DNA of 64,000 bases. It comes from Lama glama (Eukaryota). Of this stretch, positions 48,691 through 60,826 are shown one piece after another (within the stretch, counting starts at the first letter, position 1; each line of letters starts with the position of its first letter). Below the pieces are notes generated by a model. That model made no database searches, was not told the DNA's origin, and saw only the letters and a program-made list of their open reading frames with translations. The DNA is taken from positions 24,306,001 through 24,370,000 of the forward strand of contig CM052818.1 of assembly GCA_028534125.1 (NCBI GenBank), in the 5' to 3' direction. The position numbers were made by a program, and so were the translations under genes.

Positions 48691-51600
48691 GTACTTCTAG
48701 TGGACTTTATTGTTGCCCTGCTTCAACAACACAGTAACAATAAGGGGCCCGCAAGCCCCAGGCCCACCTGATGTGTCAGCACAGCAAAAACAAGACCCAC
48801 TTAAACACATTCCCACCCCACCCCAGACCTACACCCTCGACAAATACGTTACAATTTTTTTTAAGAAAATGGAATAAATTGATAAATGATTAGGAACTCA
48901 CAGTAATTTGAAAAGTTAAATGTCAATTTTAAATGATAAATGGGTCAGGAACCTAAAGACAGGGCTTCTTCTGGCTCATTTTCTCTTTTCCCAAAATAGT
49001 GAACAAATAGTGATAAATAAGATATATTTTTATATGTATATATAGAGAGAGATACCTATATTTATATCACCTATGTAAATCCTACACAGTGTTGATAATG
49101 TATGTAAAATCCTATTTATAAAGAATACATAGATACAGATATCTCTCTATATATCATGTATATACATGTATATAATATTTCAATGAACAGCAATGCTCTT
49201 TCTTTCAAGGCATTTAAATGTGACAGTGACACATATTGGCCTGTTTCTTGAGAAGCTGCAGTGACAGGCTTTGTAAACATCAGAATCCATTGCTTCTTCC
49301 TGGGCCCAGGAGGGAAGGTGCGTGGTCATCAGTCAATCATGACAGCATAGTTGTGGTTGAACAGCTGCAAGTATCACCGCCGCCTAGTTTATAGCTGCAG
49401 AAATGTTCAAACAACTAACTATTTATCCATATGGAGATGGTTGTGTAAATGACAAGGAGAAACTAGACAACTATTCAAAGTAATATTCTTATTGAATAAT
49501 TACTGACAAAAAGATAGTCATATGTTTTATTTCATGGAGAATGAAGCTTATGCAATGTTGGATATTCCATGATTGCATTTTTGTAAAACTAACAAAGAAT
49601 AGGTGCATAGGAAAAGCACTTGGAAATTGCGTTAACGGTCACTAACCTTTGGTGGTATTATGATGGATATTTTCTTCTTTTTGTTCATTTATAGATTTTA
49701 TAATGCATTTGTATTGCTATTGTATATACGTAATGCTGTTATAATTTTCTAAGTTATTTAAAAATTTAACAGCGTAGAGTGGAAAAACCAGCATACCCCT
49801 AGGAATCAGGATAGACAGTACCAAGACATAGGCTGGGGAGAGGATCTAATTGTGATGGATTTGTTAGCAGCGTAGCTCAGAAGGCCACTCTGCTAAGAGT
49901 GCTGTTGGACTTCTTTGCAAAGGCAGTGAGTTGGAGACCAGTCAGGGGAATTGAAAAAGCAGATCAAGGCTAGAAGGAGGCATGCTTTGTGCTTTTCTTG
50001 AGCCTGGAATCCGACTTGCACTGAAAAATAGGCTGGTAAAGAAAAAGTCGCTCTGTATTTTAAGAGCTACCAGGCTATGGATGTTGCTAGATTATTTGTT
50101 TTCAATGACTGCAGGGAAAAAATGCCATTTTGCCAAGCTGGCACCCGTGTCAGATGAACAGAGGGTCTCCCCATTCTGTTATTTCCCTGGCAGCGGAAGC
50201 ATCCGTTGGCTCAGCTGTTTGATGTGTAAGTTCAGTGTCCCATGGGCCATTCTCCATAAGGCAAGCAGCTACCCAACCATAAGAAATTCTGTGTCAGGTC
50301 TGGATTCAGAGCACACTGTGTCCCACTTTTAAGAAAGTGCTCCAGGTCCTGTAGCCAGCCGTGGAGAGCCACACAAATGCTGTTGATTCCCAGGGGAGAA
50401 AGAGAATATTTTCCTTTGACCCTTGAGCTCTATTTTTGGGGGGTCACAGGGTGGTCGTCTCGGTGAGACTTCTTTCTATGTCAGAAAGCTTTGTTCCACT
50501 TTTCTCACGGGGGGGTCCTGAGCACTGACATGTTTATGAAGCTACAAAAATGATTCTCATTTTTGCAACCAGGGTGGAAAAGTCTCACCTGGAGTAGTCG
50601 GTCTCTGCAAATGTATCCAGATATATAATAGTGACAACAAGAAAATTTTGAGTGCACAGGCGGTGCTCATGCCCACAATTTGTGGGTGATGCTCCTTGAA
50701 TTGATTTTCCACCAGTGAGAGCAGATTTGTGGCAAGTTCTCATTCCTTGTCCTCACTGAAATCAATGGAAAATTTGATCGAGGTGACCTTTGACTATGGA
50801 ATAAGACACGCCAATTAATCCTTGTTGGAACAGATCCTGAACTTTATTGTCCATAATACTCACTTTTATCAACTGAGAGAACCAGCCTGACAGTCATAAA
50901 CTAAACCATCAAATGGGACCATTAGCTTATAACCTGCTTACACCACAAATACTGAATATGGGAATATAGCTGTGGAAGAGACCCAGGGAAAGGGTCAGAC
51001 ACGTTATTGGATACTTACCCTGTACCAGGAATTACATTAAGCCTTATGTGCTTATTTGTATTTAATCCATAAGAAAACAGTTCAGTTTTCTTCCGTTTAA
51101 TAAAATTCACTAATTTGCTTTTGCTTCTCTCCCTTCCACTGCCTTTCTTCCCTACCTGGCAGTCCTAGGAGATGCTCATCTCCATTTTTCAGTTAAGGAA
51201 GCAACACTAAGACATTACTTTCCCAGGGCCATAGAAATTGCAGATTCAAACTCTGATCTTCCTGCTTAGAACCTGTTAAATCTTATTCAAACTGAGAAAG
51301 TATATCTTCCCAACACCATCCTGAGAAGTAGGTCTCTACACTAGCGAGAGGACTGACCTAGAAAGTCAAGTCATCACCACTGGATTAGTTGTCATCAACA
51401 CAGACTCCTAGTGTTTCTCCGGCTTGCTGCTTTTATCTCTGTACCTGTGTGCTGCTTAGTTTCTAGAGATGACAGTGGCAAAAAGGATCCTGCTCGAGAG
51501 ATAAAAGCTTATTTACACCAGTAACTTTTTTCTCTTTATACAGAAACATCAGGTTCCAGAAAATATTGAGTTAACCAGGTATTCCTCATCACACTTTTTC

Positions 51601-53987
51601 ATCGTCAACTATTTTTCCCAGGCCGTGTAGGTAATTGAAAAGGTGTTGCCACTGCCTGTTATCCTTTGATAACAGTCTTGTTTTGGAATCCATTGCTTTC
51701 AAATTTCTGTCATGGTTTTCTAGATCATTTCATGCAAACGATCTTAAGTTTGCATTAGATACTAGAATAGAATGGTGGCATTATTATCATCATCATCATT
51801 ATTATTATAATTATTGGCAACAGAATTGAAACCTGGGCTATAAGTGGTTCGCACACCATCTGTAGATCCATGTAACATTCGAGATTCATGATTGAACAAT
51901 TGACATCTAGTGGAAAGGTGACGCCTCTCAAACTGTTGCCAAGTTAACAAATACTTTCTAAGGATCTAAAGCAGAAGAATGGTCTCCCTACGTGCAGGTG
52001 AATGCGTATTTGCTCCCAATTACATATGTCTTACATGCATCCTTTAGAGACCAATTGCTTTAAAAAGAATTTTATCTAATGTTTTTGTTTTGCTAACAGA
52101 GATGCATTCCTTTAAGAGTATTTTCAGCAAGGCATCCAAGGAAGTAATGTCTTTCTTCCGTTTAAATTCTTGCCCATAACCATGATGTTAAAAGGAAACG
52201 CACAGCCTGTTTTTTTCTTTCCTAGTGGAAAATAATAACAAATATGCTGAATTTTAAGTTTTTTAAGGGTCAGTTTCAAGGCCAGATTGAAGGATCCGTT
52301 TAAAAGGCAGCCTGTGTTCCTTCTCCGGGCAGGCTGTTGGTGAAAATGAATGGTCCTCTCCATCTCTTCTTTACAGCAGGCCGTTCCTGCTTTGAGGCTC
52401 CTATATAGCTGTGATCCAGTTCTGTGAAGCTCTGGATAAGGGACAGCTTTAACTTCACATCTCTAATCTTTCCTTTCCCATGTCTTAATTTTGAGTTCTC
52501 ATCGCTCTGGTAACAAGTAGGCATTTCTGAAAATGGAAAATCCTTCAGTTCCCCTTTTGTATCTCTACCTTCCACTGCCTTTCGTCTCTTAGATGCAGCA
52601 AACAGGTGAGAAATTTGAGAGAGTATAAAGTCAACCTATGTTCTTGACTCACATGCCCAGATCCAAGTAGGCAGCAATTCCCATTAGTGGTTGAACAGAT
52701 TTTTGGAAAACCACAGGCAGGAAAGCCAGTGGATTTGACTTGAGAAATTGGGAAGAATCTAGCTTTCCTAGCTTGGAATGTCAGTTGTAAGAATCCAGAT
52801 TAACACAGACTGTTGTCCTAAAACAGGCCTGGACACAGTTCTGAAGGGTATGTTTATAGGCATTTCAAGGTCTGAATAGCAAGGCCAGATCAGTTTTAAG
52901 ATCTAAGTTACCTAATATTAGAAAGAATTTAGTCAGTCGGGAGACTCAAGCAGGACTGTTTTTTTTTGTATCAAGAATTGAAGAGCTGATTCTAGTTTCT
53001 TCAACAAGGTTTTCCTGTTTCTTATATTACTCACCTCAAACGATTTTTTTGTTTGTTATTGTTGTTATTGTTTTGGCTCTATCCTCAGAGGCAAGTAGAT
53101 TAAGACAAATGTTTGTCTTAAAAAGTGTTGTCTAGTTAGTCTCCGTTTTCTGGATGTCCTGGGTCTTTTAAAGCTATAACCAGTAAGAGAATTACTTTGT
53201 TTAGGCAGACATGATATTGAGGAATTTGAGGTTTCACACCTTGCTGGGAAACTTTGTGGAAAAGAAGAGAGAACTTACCTCCTTAGCTCCAGAATCTTTT
53301 ATTTCATTGACCCATTTCCTCTCTGGGACTGGGGTAAAGTTCTTGGCACAAAAGTTACTAATAGTCGACTTTCTGGGAATCTTTGTGTAAATGACAACTT
53401 CTGTGGCTTTCAACTTCCCTAAGCTAGCATAATGGGTAGATTAATATGTTCCTTCTTGGCGGGAGTGGAAACTAATTTTTTGGAAGAAGGAAGGAAAAAC
53501 ATGTTGTGCTAAATCAGTGATTGCCATGGCAACAGGTACTCTATACATGTTAGAGAAAGGGGGAAAAATGCAATCCCAGTTCTTTAGAAGGGAGGAGAGC
53601 AGAAATCGGTTCACGATATTTTATTTTTTTCACAAATCAACAAATGTATGTTAGACATTCATGATATACTCTGTATAATCTTATCAAAGAGTATAGCGGA
53701 AACCTGACGGTAAAATTAAATCTGTCATTTGCTTTGTTACCATTATCTCTTTTGCAGAAAATCCCCCAAAATGCAGCGAGTAAACATCATACTTTAAATA
53801 CAAAAGTTAAATTTTACTACTCTGTTAAATCCACATTAGAGAAGGCAAACATCTTATTAGGTTATTGGACACCTAAATTGGAACAAATTACTCTCCCTAG
53901 AATGATGGTCCTTCCCCTACCCCCTTAGAATGTAGGAATTTGTGTAACATTGCAACTGTTTTGGGTGTCTAGTTTTAATGTTTAGGG

Positions 53988-54196
53988 CAGGGGTTCTCAG
54001 CTGAGCACTGTTGACATTTTGGCCCAGATAAGTCTATTGTGGTGGCTGTTCTTTGCATTCTAGGAGACTTAGTAGCATTTCTGGACCCTCCTCACTAGAT
54101 GCCAGTAGCATCCTGCAAATTTCAACAGTTAAAGATGTCTCTAGACCCTGACACTTGTCACCTAGAGGACAAATGACCACTGGTTTAGAACAACTA
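53988..54196 (+). mobile_element. MER20-like hAT MITE
   Basis: CAGGGGTTCTCAGCTGAGCACTGTTGACATTTTGG...CACTAGATGCCAGTAGCA...GGTTTAGAACAACTA. Degenerate 8-bp TSD GTTTAGGG / GTTTAAAG. Confidence 0.8.
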
Positions 54197-55965
54197 GTTT
54201 AAAGTTACCAAGTTGTGTTCTCAGGGCTTGTGATGTCTGAGTAACTCACTGCCGTGCCAAAGGTAATATGCATAAGAAAGAATGCTGAACTTTTCAATCT
54301 TTTGGTTGATTGGGTGATTTAGCCCTTTTGGATTATGTTAGTTCTTTGTCTGGTAACAGAGTATCTGATGTAAATAAAATCACCAATTCTTCTATCTGTG
54401 GTATCCAATTATGTTACAGGGTACTTTTTGACAGATCAAAGAACACAGGGATAACAGTCCCCATTTTTATCCCTTTACATTACACAGTTAGCCTCCTCAT
54501 TGTTTTTGCTGGCAGCATCTTCATATGGGTTTATGTGGAACTAGAAAGACCTTACATACATTAGACTATATGTTTCAGAATTAAGACTTCACCATGGAAA
54601 TAAGAAAAGAATGTAATAATATTTTATAGCAAACGGGAGTGCAGATTATTTTTATATACTGAAAAGCCATTGAGCTAAGAGAGGACAGATAGACATTTGG
54701 AGCATAGACATCCTTCCTTTGGTCCTGTCAGTGTCATTTCATGAATTTTATTTGTGAGGTTTTTTTTAATATTACAATGCCAGATAGAGTGACCACAAGC
54801 AAAGACTGGTTGTTTCCTTAATGTACTTGCTTTGAGAAATGACCCTAAAGCATAATCGAATACATGTGGTTGGATGTTGGGTTTTTTTTCCCCCTAACTA
54901 AATAATACAGGGCTATAAGGTTAGAAGTGTGTTCTAGTTTCCCCTTTTTTAAATTTTCAGAAAGGCTAGAGGTGATGCTAACTTTGGTGTTTTGGACGTT
55001 GTGATTTTGTTTTTGACATTATATAATTCTGTGAAAGGGTTATCAAATGTTGTAAAAGATGAGACAGTTTACTTTTTTTTTTTTTTAATCTGCGTGAGTT
55101 TGTTTATCTGGGCTAAAGATGAAAGACCATCAAATTCAGTCGGTACTGGCACTGATCTGACGACATATTTCTCCCATCCTTGTTTTATCTACTGACTCTT
55201 GCCACCAAAAGCATATGCATTTACTATACACTATAATCTATACACTATATACTATACACTATAATCTTTCGGGTTCTCAAAAGGCACAGACAGTAAGTAT
55301 TTAAATCCATGTAGGGTAAAAATAAGTGAACCCAGAAGTGAATCTGCCCCAGCATTTGTAAACATGAAGGCCAGAGGCCTTTCTCTGATCCATTGATCAC
55401 AACTATGGTGTTTCCCTCATCCGCTTGTTAGTTTCCTTATCTTCTCCTCTAATACTTTGATCATCAGCATTTCATTACCAGCAAACAAGAGGGCATGCGA
55501 AGAAGGCAGATGGGGTAGACAAAATCTTGGAAAGTTTTACAAGGTTTAAAGATGCTTTATCCAGAGCACCAAGCCATTTTGGTAACTCTTCAGCAATGAG
55601 CGCTCACCTACAATTGATGCCAACTTGTTATACCAACCATGGTACCACACAGTGTTACTTAGATGCACCGGGTGATATTTTTCCCACTTTTATCAGTAAA
55701 TGAGCCTAATATGTATGTGTTCTAAATTTACCAAGGCATTTATCTTCCTTTCTTGGAAATCTGAAGTAATAGATGAGGTTTCTTGCTGTTTTGTTCTCTG
55801 TTTAGGAACACTCAGTTGCAGGGGTAGATAAGATGACCCCTTGAGATTCCATCTTATCTGAAATTCTATGATAAAAGATTTTTAGATACATAGATTTTTT
55901 TTTTAAAGAGAGGGCAACCAGTATTTTGATATCCCCACTTAAGGACTGAATGAGAAGTAATGTTT

Positions 55966-56500
55966 TTTTTTTTAAACTTTTTTTTATTGAGTTATAGTAA
56001 TTTTACAATGTTGTGTCAAATTCCAGTGTAGAGCACAATTTTTCAGTTATACATGAACATACATATATTCATTGTGACTTTTTTTTTTGCTGTGAGCTAC
56101 CACAAGATCTTGTATATATTTCCCTGTGCTATATACAGTATAATCTTGTTTATGTATTCTACATATGCCTGTCCATATCTACAAATTTTAAACTCCCAGT
56201 CTATCCCTTCCCACTGTCCCTCTTCACAACCACAAGTCTGTATTCTATGTCTGTGAGTCTTTTTCTGTTTTGTATTTATGTTTTTTTTTTTTTTTATAGA
56301 TTCCACATATGAGCGATCTCATATGGTATTTTTCTTTCTCTTTCTGGCTTACTTCACTTCGAATGACATTCTCCAGGAACATCCTTGTTGCTGCAAATGG
56401 CATTATGTTGTCATTTTTATGGCTGAATAATATTCCATTGTATAAATATACCACATCTTCTTTATCCAGTCATCTATTGATGGACATTTTGGCTGTGAGA
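55966..56500 (-). mobile_element. 5'-truncated L1 (ORF2 C-terminus, 3' UTR and poly(A))
   Basis: The minus ORF contains IMPFAATRMFLENVIRSEVSQKEKEKYHMRSLICGI (L1 ORF2 end). Poly(T) lies at the left end. TSD AGAAGTAATGTTT at 55953-55965 and 56501-56513. Confidence 0.9.
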
Positions 56501-57514
56501 AGAAGTAATGTTTAACTTGATCTTGGATAACTTAGTTTAGGCTCTGTGTAAAAACATCTCAGTGATAAGGCACATTTAGTCACTGGGGTGATATTGGGAG
56601 TGATAGAGGCTATTGACATGAGGCTGAAGGCTCTGCCTGAAAAACTAGATCCCTGGCTCTTTATCACTGTGTGATGTGGACAAACCTTTCTGTCTACCTG
56701 ACTTCATTGTATCAGCTGACAAGTGAGGACATTTGGTTCCTGTGCCCCCTAAATTTCCTATAAGATTCGGTAGTTCTAGGGTCTGGGACTCAGAGTTCCA
56801 CGGTGTGGAGACTGGGTGATTGCTAAGGGCCCTTCTAGTCCCGGAGACTTTGAAGTTCAGACTCTGAGAAAGAAAAAGCATGAAGGATGTAATTCTCTCA
56901 TAAATCTCAGGAGATTTACAGGAGCTTTTATGGTTAGTGTCAAATTCCTTGTGGCTCTGTGACTACACCACATTGAGTGGGAAGAGAGAGATTAGACTGT
57001 AAGCTTCTGGTTTCCTATTAGCCAGAAAAATTGGATTTTCTTAAAATAGGAGGACAGAGCTTCCAAAAACCATTTCTAGATCTATACTTCGTTTTTTCAA
57101 AAGAATGCATATTCCTGTTTATTCAAATCCCTTAATGTGACACCATCTCCTTCATATTCAGAGTAATAAATATGTTTTTCTTAAGGTAGCCTTTCTCCTA
57201 AAATGGACTTATTTAAATACAATGTTATATTATATATTGATTATAGCTTAAAATACATATTATAGTACATGTACGTACATTTTGGCGGAGACTAGAACAC
57301 TGGGCAGGAAGAATTAGCAGAGGAGTCACATTTCTCAGGTCAGAAACAAATCAAAAGGAAATAAAAACAGCTTCCATAAGCTGGACTGTCTTGTCAGTGA
57401 TCTGCCTAGAACGAGCTCTACAGCATGCTAGAGCTGCCTTAAGGTAAACCCACAAAGAGCCATGGGGTTGCTCCCACGTTTACCGTTTGACCCTTGAGAA
57501 TAGAAAATTTAGAG

Positions 57515-57727
57515 TGAGATAACCACTGTATGTAAAAATAGATTAAAAAACAGATTTCTTCTGCATAGTACAGGGTACTATATTCAATATCCTGTAATAA
57601 CTGTTAATGAAAAAGAATATGAAAGTGAATATATATATATACACACACATGACTGAGACATTATATTGTATACCAGAAATTGATACATTGTAACTGACTA
57701 TACTTCAATTAAAAAATAAATAAATAA
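57515..57727 (+). mobile_element. 5'-truncated L1 3' end
   Basis: Same family as 45100-45433. It ends ACATTGTAACTGACTATACTTCAATTAAAAAATAAATAAATAAA. Confidence 0.85.
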
Positions 57728-57960
57728 ATGTTAGGTTGAGATGTAACATCCAACAATCTGGTTAGAGACCTTTGATGGAATTTACTCTGCATCTTCTTAG
57801 GGAACTCATTTGAAGTGATCATACCAAAGTGTTCAGATGAAGATGGATGCAGAGTAGTGATATTAAAACACTGCTGGGATGAATAGTATGCATCAGTTGT
57901 TCAGAGAATTGATGGATGCCCAGGTGGGTTTCCGCTTATGTGAAATGGCTTACCTGAACA

Positions 57961-58155
57961 GCAGGGTCTGTCTATAGGATCATGCTTGAGTCAGCATCAG
58001 GATCACCTGGGGGTTTATTAAAGCACAAATGGCTGAGTCTAATCCCGAGTTTCTGAGTTAGTAAATCTGGAACGGCGCCCAAGCATTGGCATTCTAGCAA
58101 ATTCTCCAGTAACTCTGAGATGGCTGATTCAGAGACCACACTTGGAGAACTACTG
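57961..58155. mobile_element. MER5A-like hAT MITE
   Basis: AGCATCAGGATCACCTGGGGGTTTATTAAAGCACAAATGGCTG...GACCACACTTGGAGAACTACTG. Confidence 0.75.
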
Positions 58156-58514
58156 GGATCATAATTATGCTCCTAGAACTGTTTAGAATAATTAGCAGGA
58201 AGTAGGTGAGAAATTGCCATCAGACTGGGAGCTGAGGTGAATCAGCCCCATTTAAGATAGCACCTTGTTCACAACTGAAAACTTAAAAAAAAAAAGTGGT
58301 AAATAATTATATGATTCCAAGCCAAGAGATAGTTGCAAGCTGAACAGAATCTTCCCTTTAAGGAATGCCAATGAAGAGGCTAGGAAAAGAGCTGAATCTG
58401 TCACTTAAATAACATCAGAAAGTGTTATACTTTCTACTAATCCTTTGACTTTACTACAGAACTAGGCTGTATAACCCAGATCTCCCAGTAAGACATGTCT
58501 TTCACTCTAGCATC

Positions 58515-58790
58515 CCCACAATAAATTATTGTATATCCATATTGTGGAATATTATGTTGCCATTGAAAAGCATGGTTTTGAAGAATTTTGAATGATGAAG
58601 GGAAATGTTCATGACATGTTGTTAAATGGTAGAATACCAAACTATGTGTATGTGTCTATAAATTGGGTGTAAGTAACCAGGTTATCAGGCTGTGTTGGAT
58701 TACTATAATAGTAATTTTCTCCCTTAGACTTTTCTGTGTGTGTAAGCTTTCTAAGTTTCTATAATACAAATTTATGTGAAACAATTTCTC
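58515..58790 (+). mobile_element. Ancient L1M (L1ME-like) 3' fragment
   Basis: AATAAATTATTGTATATCCATATTGTGGAATATTATGTTGCCATTGAAAA resembles the old L1 'MEYY' and 3'-UTR motif. Confidence 0.5.
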
Positions 58791-59420
58791 ATAATTTAAA
58801 CTCCATCCTTTGCTGCCCTACAGCTAGTGATGAGACCCACACACCGACATTGAGGCTAGGAAAGGAGTAACACTGGGAGAACTTTGGATGCGTCTTCAAT
58901 TGGATGGCATGGGGCAATACATTTTTTTTTTTAGGTAAGACATAAAAGTAGTCCATGTGGGAGGCTTGGGATTTTGGGTACCTAACACGAAGATTTTTGT
59001 AACCACATTTAGTCCAAACCATACTAGAGCAATTTCATTTGCTAAAACTTACACTTAATTATAAATATTTTTATCTTACTATTATATTATGAGAAAACCC
59101 CAGAAGCATAGGTTAGATTGTAAGCGGAAAATATTGTAAATTCATGGCTTAAGATCGCCACCAAAGAGTTTAGGAATCAGGTGTTCGGATTACCCTGTTA
59201 GTGCCCAGGACATTCACCAGGGGATCAGGGATAGAGGATTCAGACCATTCTTTTGGGCAACTAAAACATAAAGGGGGTAAAAATCCTTCCTACACTAGCC
59301 AAATGTTGATATCCACAAACTGTCGATGTGATCTCTCTGTTGAATAATCGGCCTATCAACAAGATGAAATATGAAATAGGAATATTTTAGGTAAAGCTTC
59401 AGACCATCATTGGAAGCATT

Positions 59421-59556
59421 ACACACACACGTGTGTGTGTGTATGTGTGTGTGTATATATATATATATTTATATACATATACATATACATGCAAAGTACC
59501 TACAAAAAATAAAAAATTGGCATGAAATATATATATATACACATACACACACACAC
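59421..59556. repeat. Compound (CA)(GT)(AT) microsatellite
   Basis: ACACACACACGTGTGTGTGT, then AT runs, then (AT)(CA) again. Confidence 0.85.
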
Positions 59557-60240
59557 TTGTTTACTTTGAGTTACCATTTGATTTGGCCCTCGCTTCTGAA
59601 TAAAACAAGATATTTTAAGAAAAAAAATTCAACAAAAATTGTCAGAAAGCAGTGGGTGTAACAAAAGCATTTACCAAAGTGTCATGAACTACTAATATTA
59701 CATAGCGTTGCCTAGATGTACAGGATGTTTTGATTTGCCCACCTCATCAGTAAGTGAGCCTCAGAGTTTTAAATAGACCCTTCTTGTGGTCTAGAAATCA
59801 GTAGTCAGTATTGAAAGGAATGTTTTCCAGTATTTTCTCGATCATCAGTCACTTTTTACAGTTCTATGGAATGAGAGTTAAGATACTGCAGAGACAAAAA
59901 TCATCTTCTATGAAGTGTCCAGCCAAAACACATTATGTAACAAATATATACTATGTCGACTGGGAACACATACATGTATTAATATGACCTGTGAAATGTT
60001 TCCAAATGACTTCTACATTTTATAGCAATTCTATTTTAAGTACCTTTATGAATTTAATTATATTCTCAAAATCAGTGTCCATAATAGCAATCCCTAAAGC
60101 AAGTTACGATGATTTCCCAGTGGCTCTGCCCATCAGTAACATAAATGTTTACCTATTTATGTGGCCTAAAAGGGAACAGTGTGCACAGTAATTTTCTTTG
60201 AACAGAGGTCGTGTAGTTTTCAGTCACAATCTGAAATATG

Positions 60241-60826
60241 ACTATAGTTGAATATTAGAACAAAAACAAAAGCAAGTACCGAGCATATTATGATTACAGC
60301 CCTTCTCTCATACACTACTGCAGATAGAACACCAGCAGTGAGTGTGTCCACTGGCCCCATTAAGAGTTCTGACACTGAACACCTCCCCGAGGATGATGTT
60401 CGTCATCCTCATGTGCTTCTGCATTTTAATGGTGCCGTCTTGCTTGATTTCGGTCAAAGTCCGCTAGTTCTACCTGATCCATTTCATCAGTCTCTTCTAT
60501 TTCCTTCCTCTCAAGTAGGAGTTTTTGCAGCAGAGAGAATTTATCATGGGAGAGAAAGCCATTCTCAGGAAAGTTTACCTTAAATTCAACAATTAGGCGA
60601 CCCTTTTCATGTGGTCTATGATAAATTGGCGTGCCTTCATTTAGCACACACTTGATATCTCCATGCTTGACAATCCGACCTGGGTGGGAAGTGATGACTG
60701 TGGTTCGGTTGTCAAGAGTAGATACTGGCTTTTGGAAATGACACAGCGCCTCGACCAGCTGTAGATCCGTACACGTGGAAAGGTCTTCCCGTCGTCAGTC
60801 AAAAACCAGCAGGGTCCTTCTGATCA
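60241..60826 (-). pseudogene. DNAJA1: 5'-truncated processed pseudogene of DNAJA1 (Hsp40): C-terminal coding region plus proximal 3' UTR
   Basis: The minus strand translates to [80 protein letters not shown]...[11 protein letters not shown]...RRHH*NAEAHEDDEHHPRGGVQCQNS*. It is intronless, has a premature TAA at 60426-60428 and small indels near the 5' end. The native stop is at 60360-60362, followed by ~120 nt of UTR-like sequence. Confidence 0.95.

Noticed and set aside
51132..52583. 16-bp direct match CCTTCCACTGCCTTTC about 1.4 kb apart
   Set aside because: There is no A tail or element between the copies. One such low-complexity match is plausible by chance in 64 kb.
53100..53121. 10-bp inverted repeat TTAAGACAAA-TG-TTTGTCTTAA
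   Set aside because: It is short and AT-rich with no supporting context.
55222..55267. CTATACACTATA repeats resembling a spaced array
   Set aside because: It is a short simple minisatellite without unique spacers, not CRISPR-like, and the context is eukaryotic.
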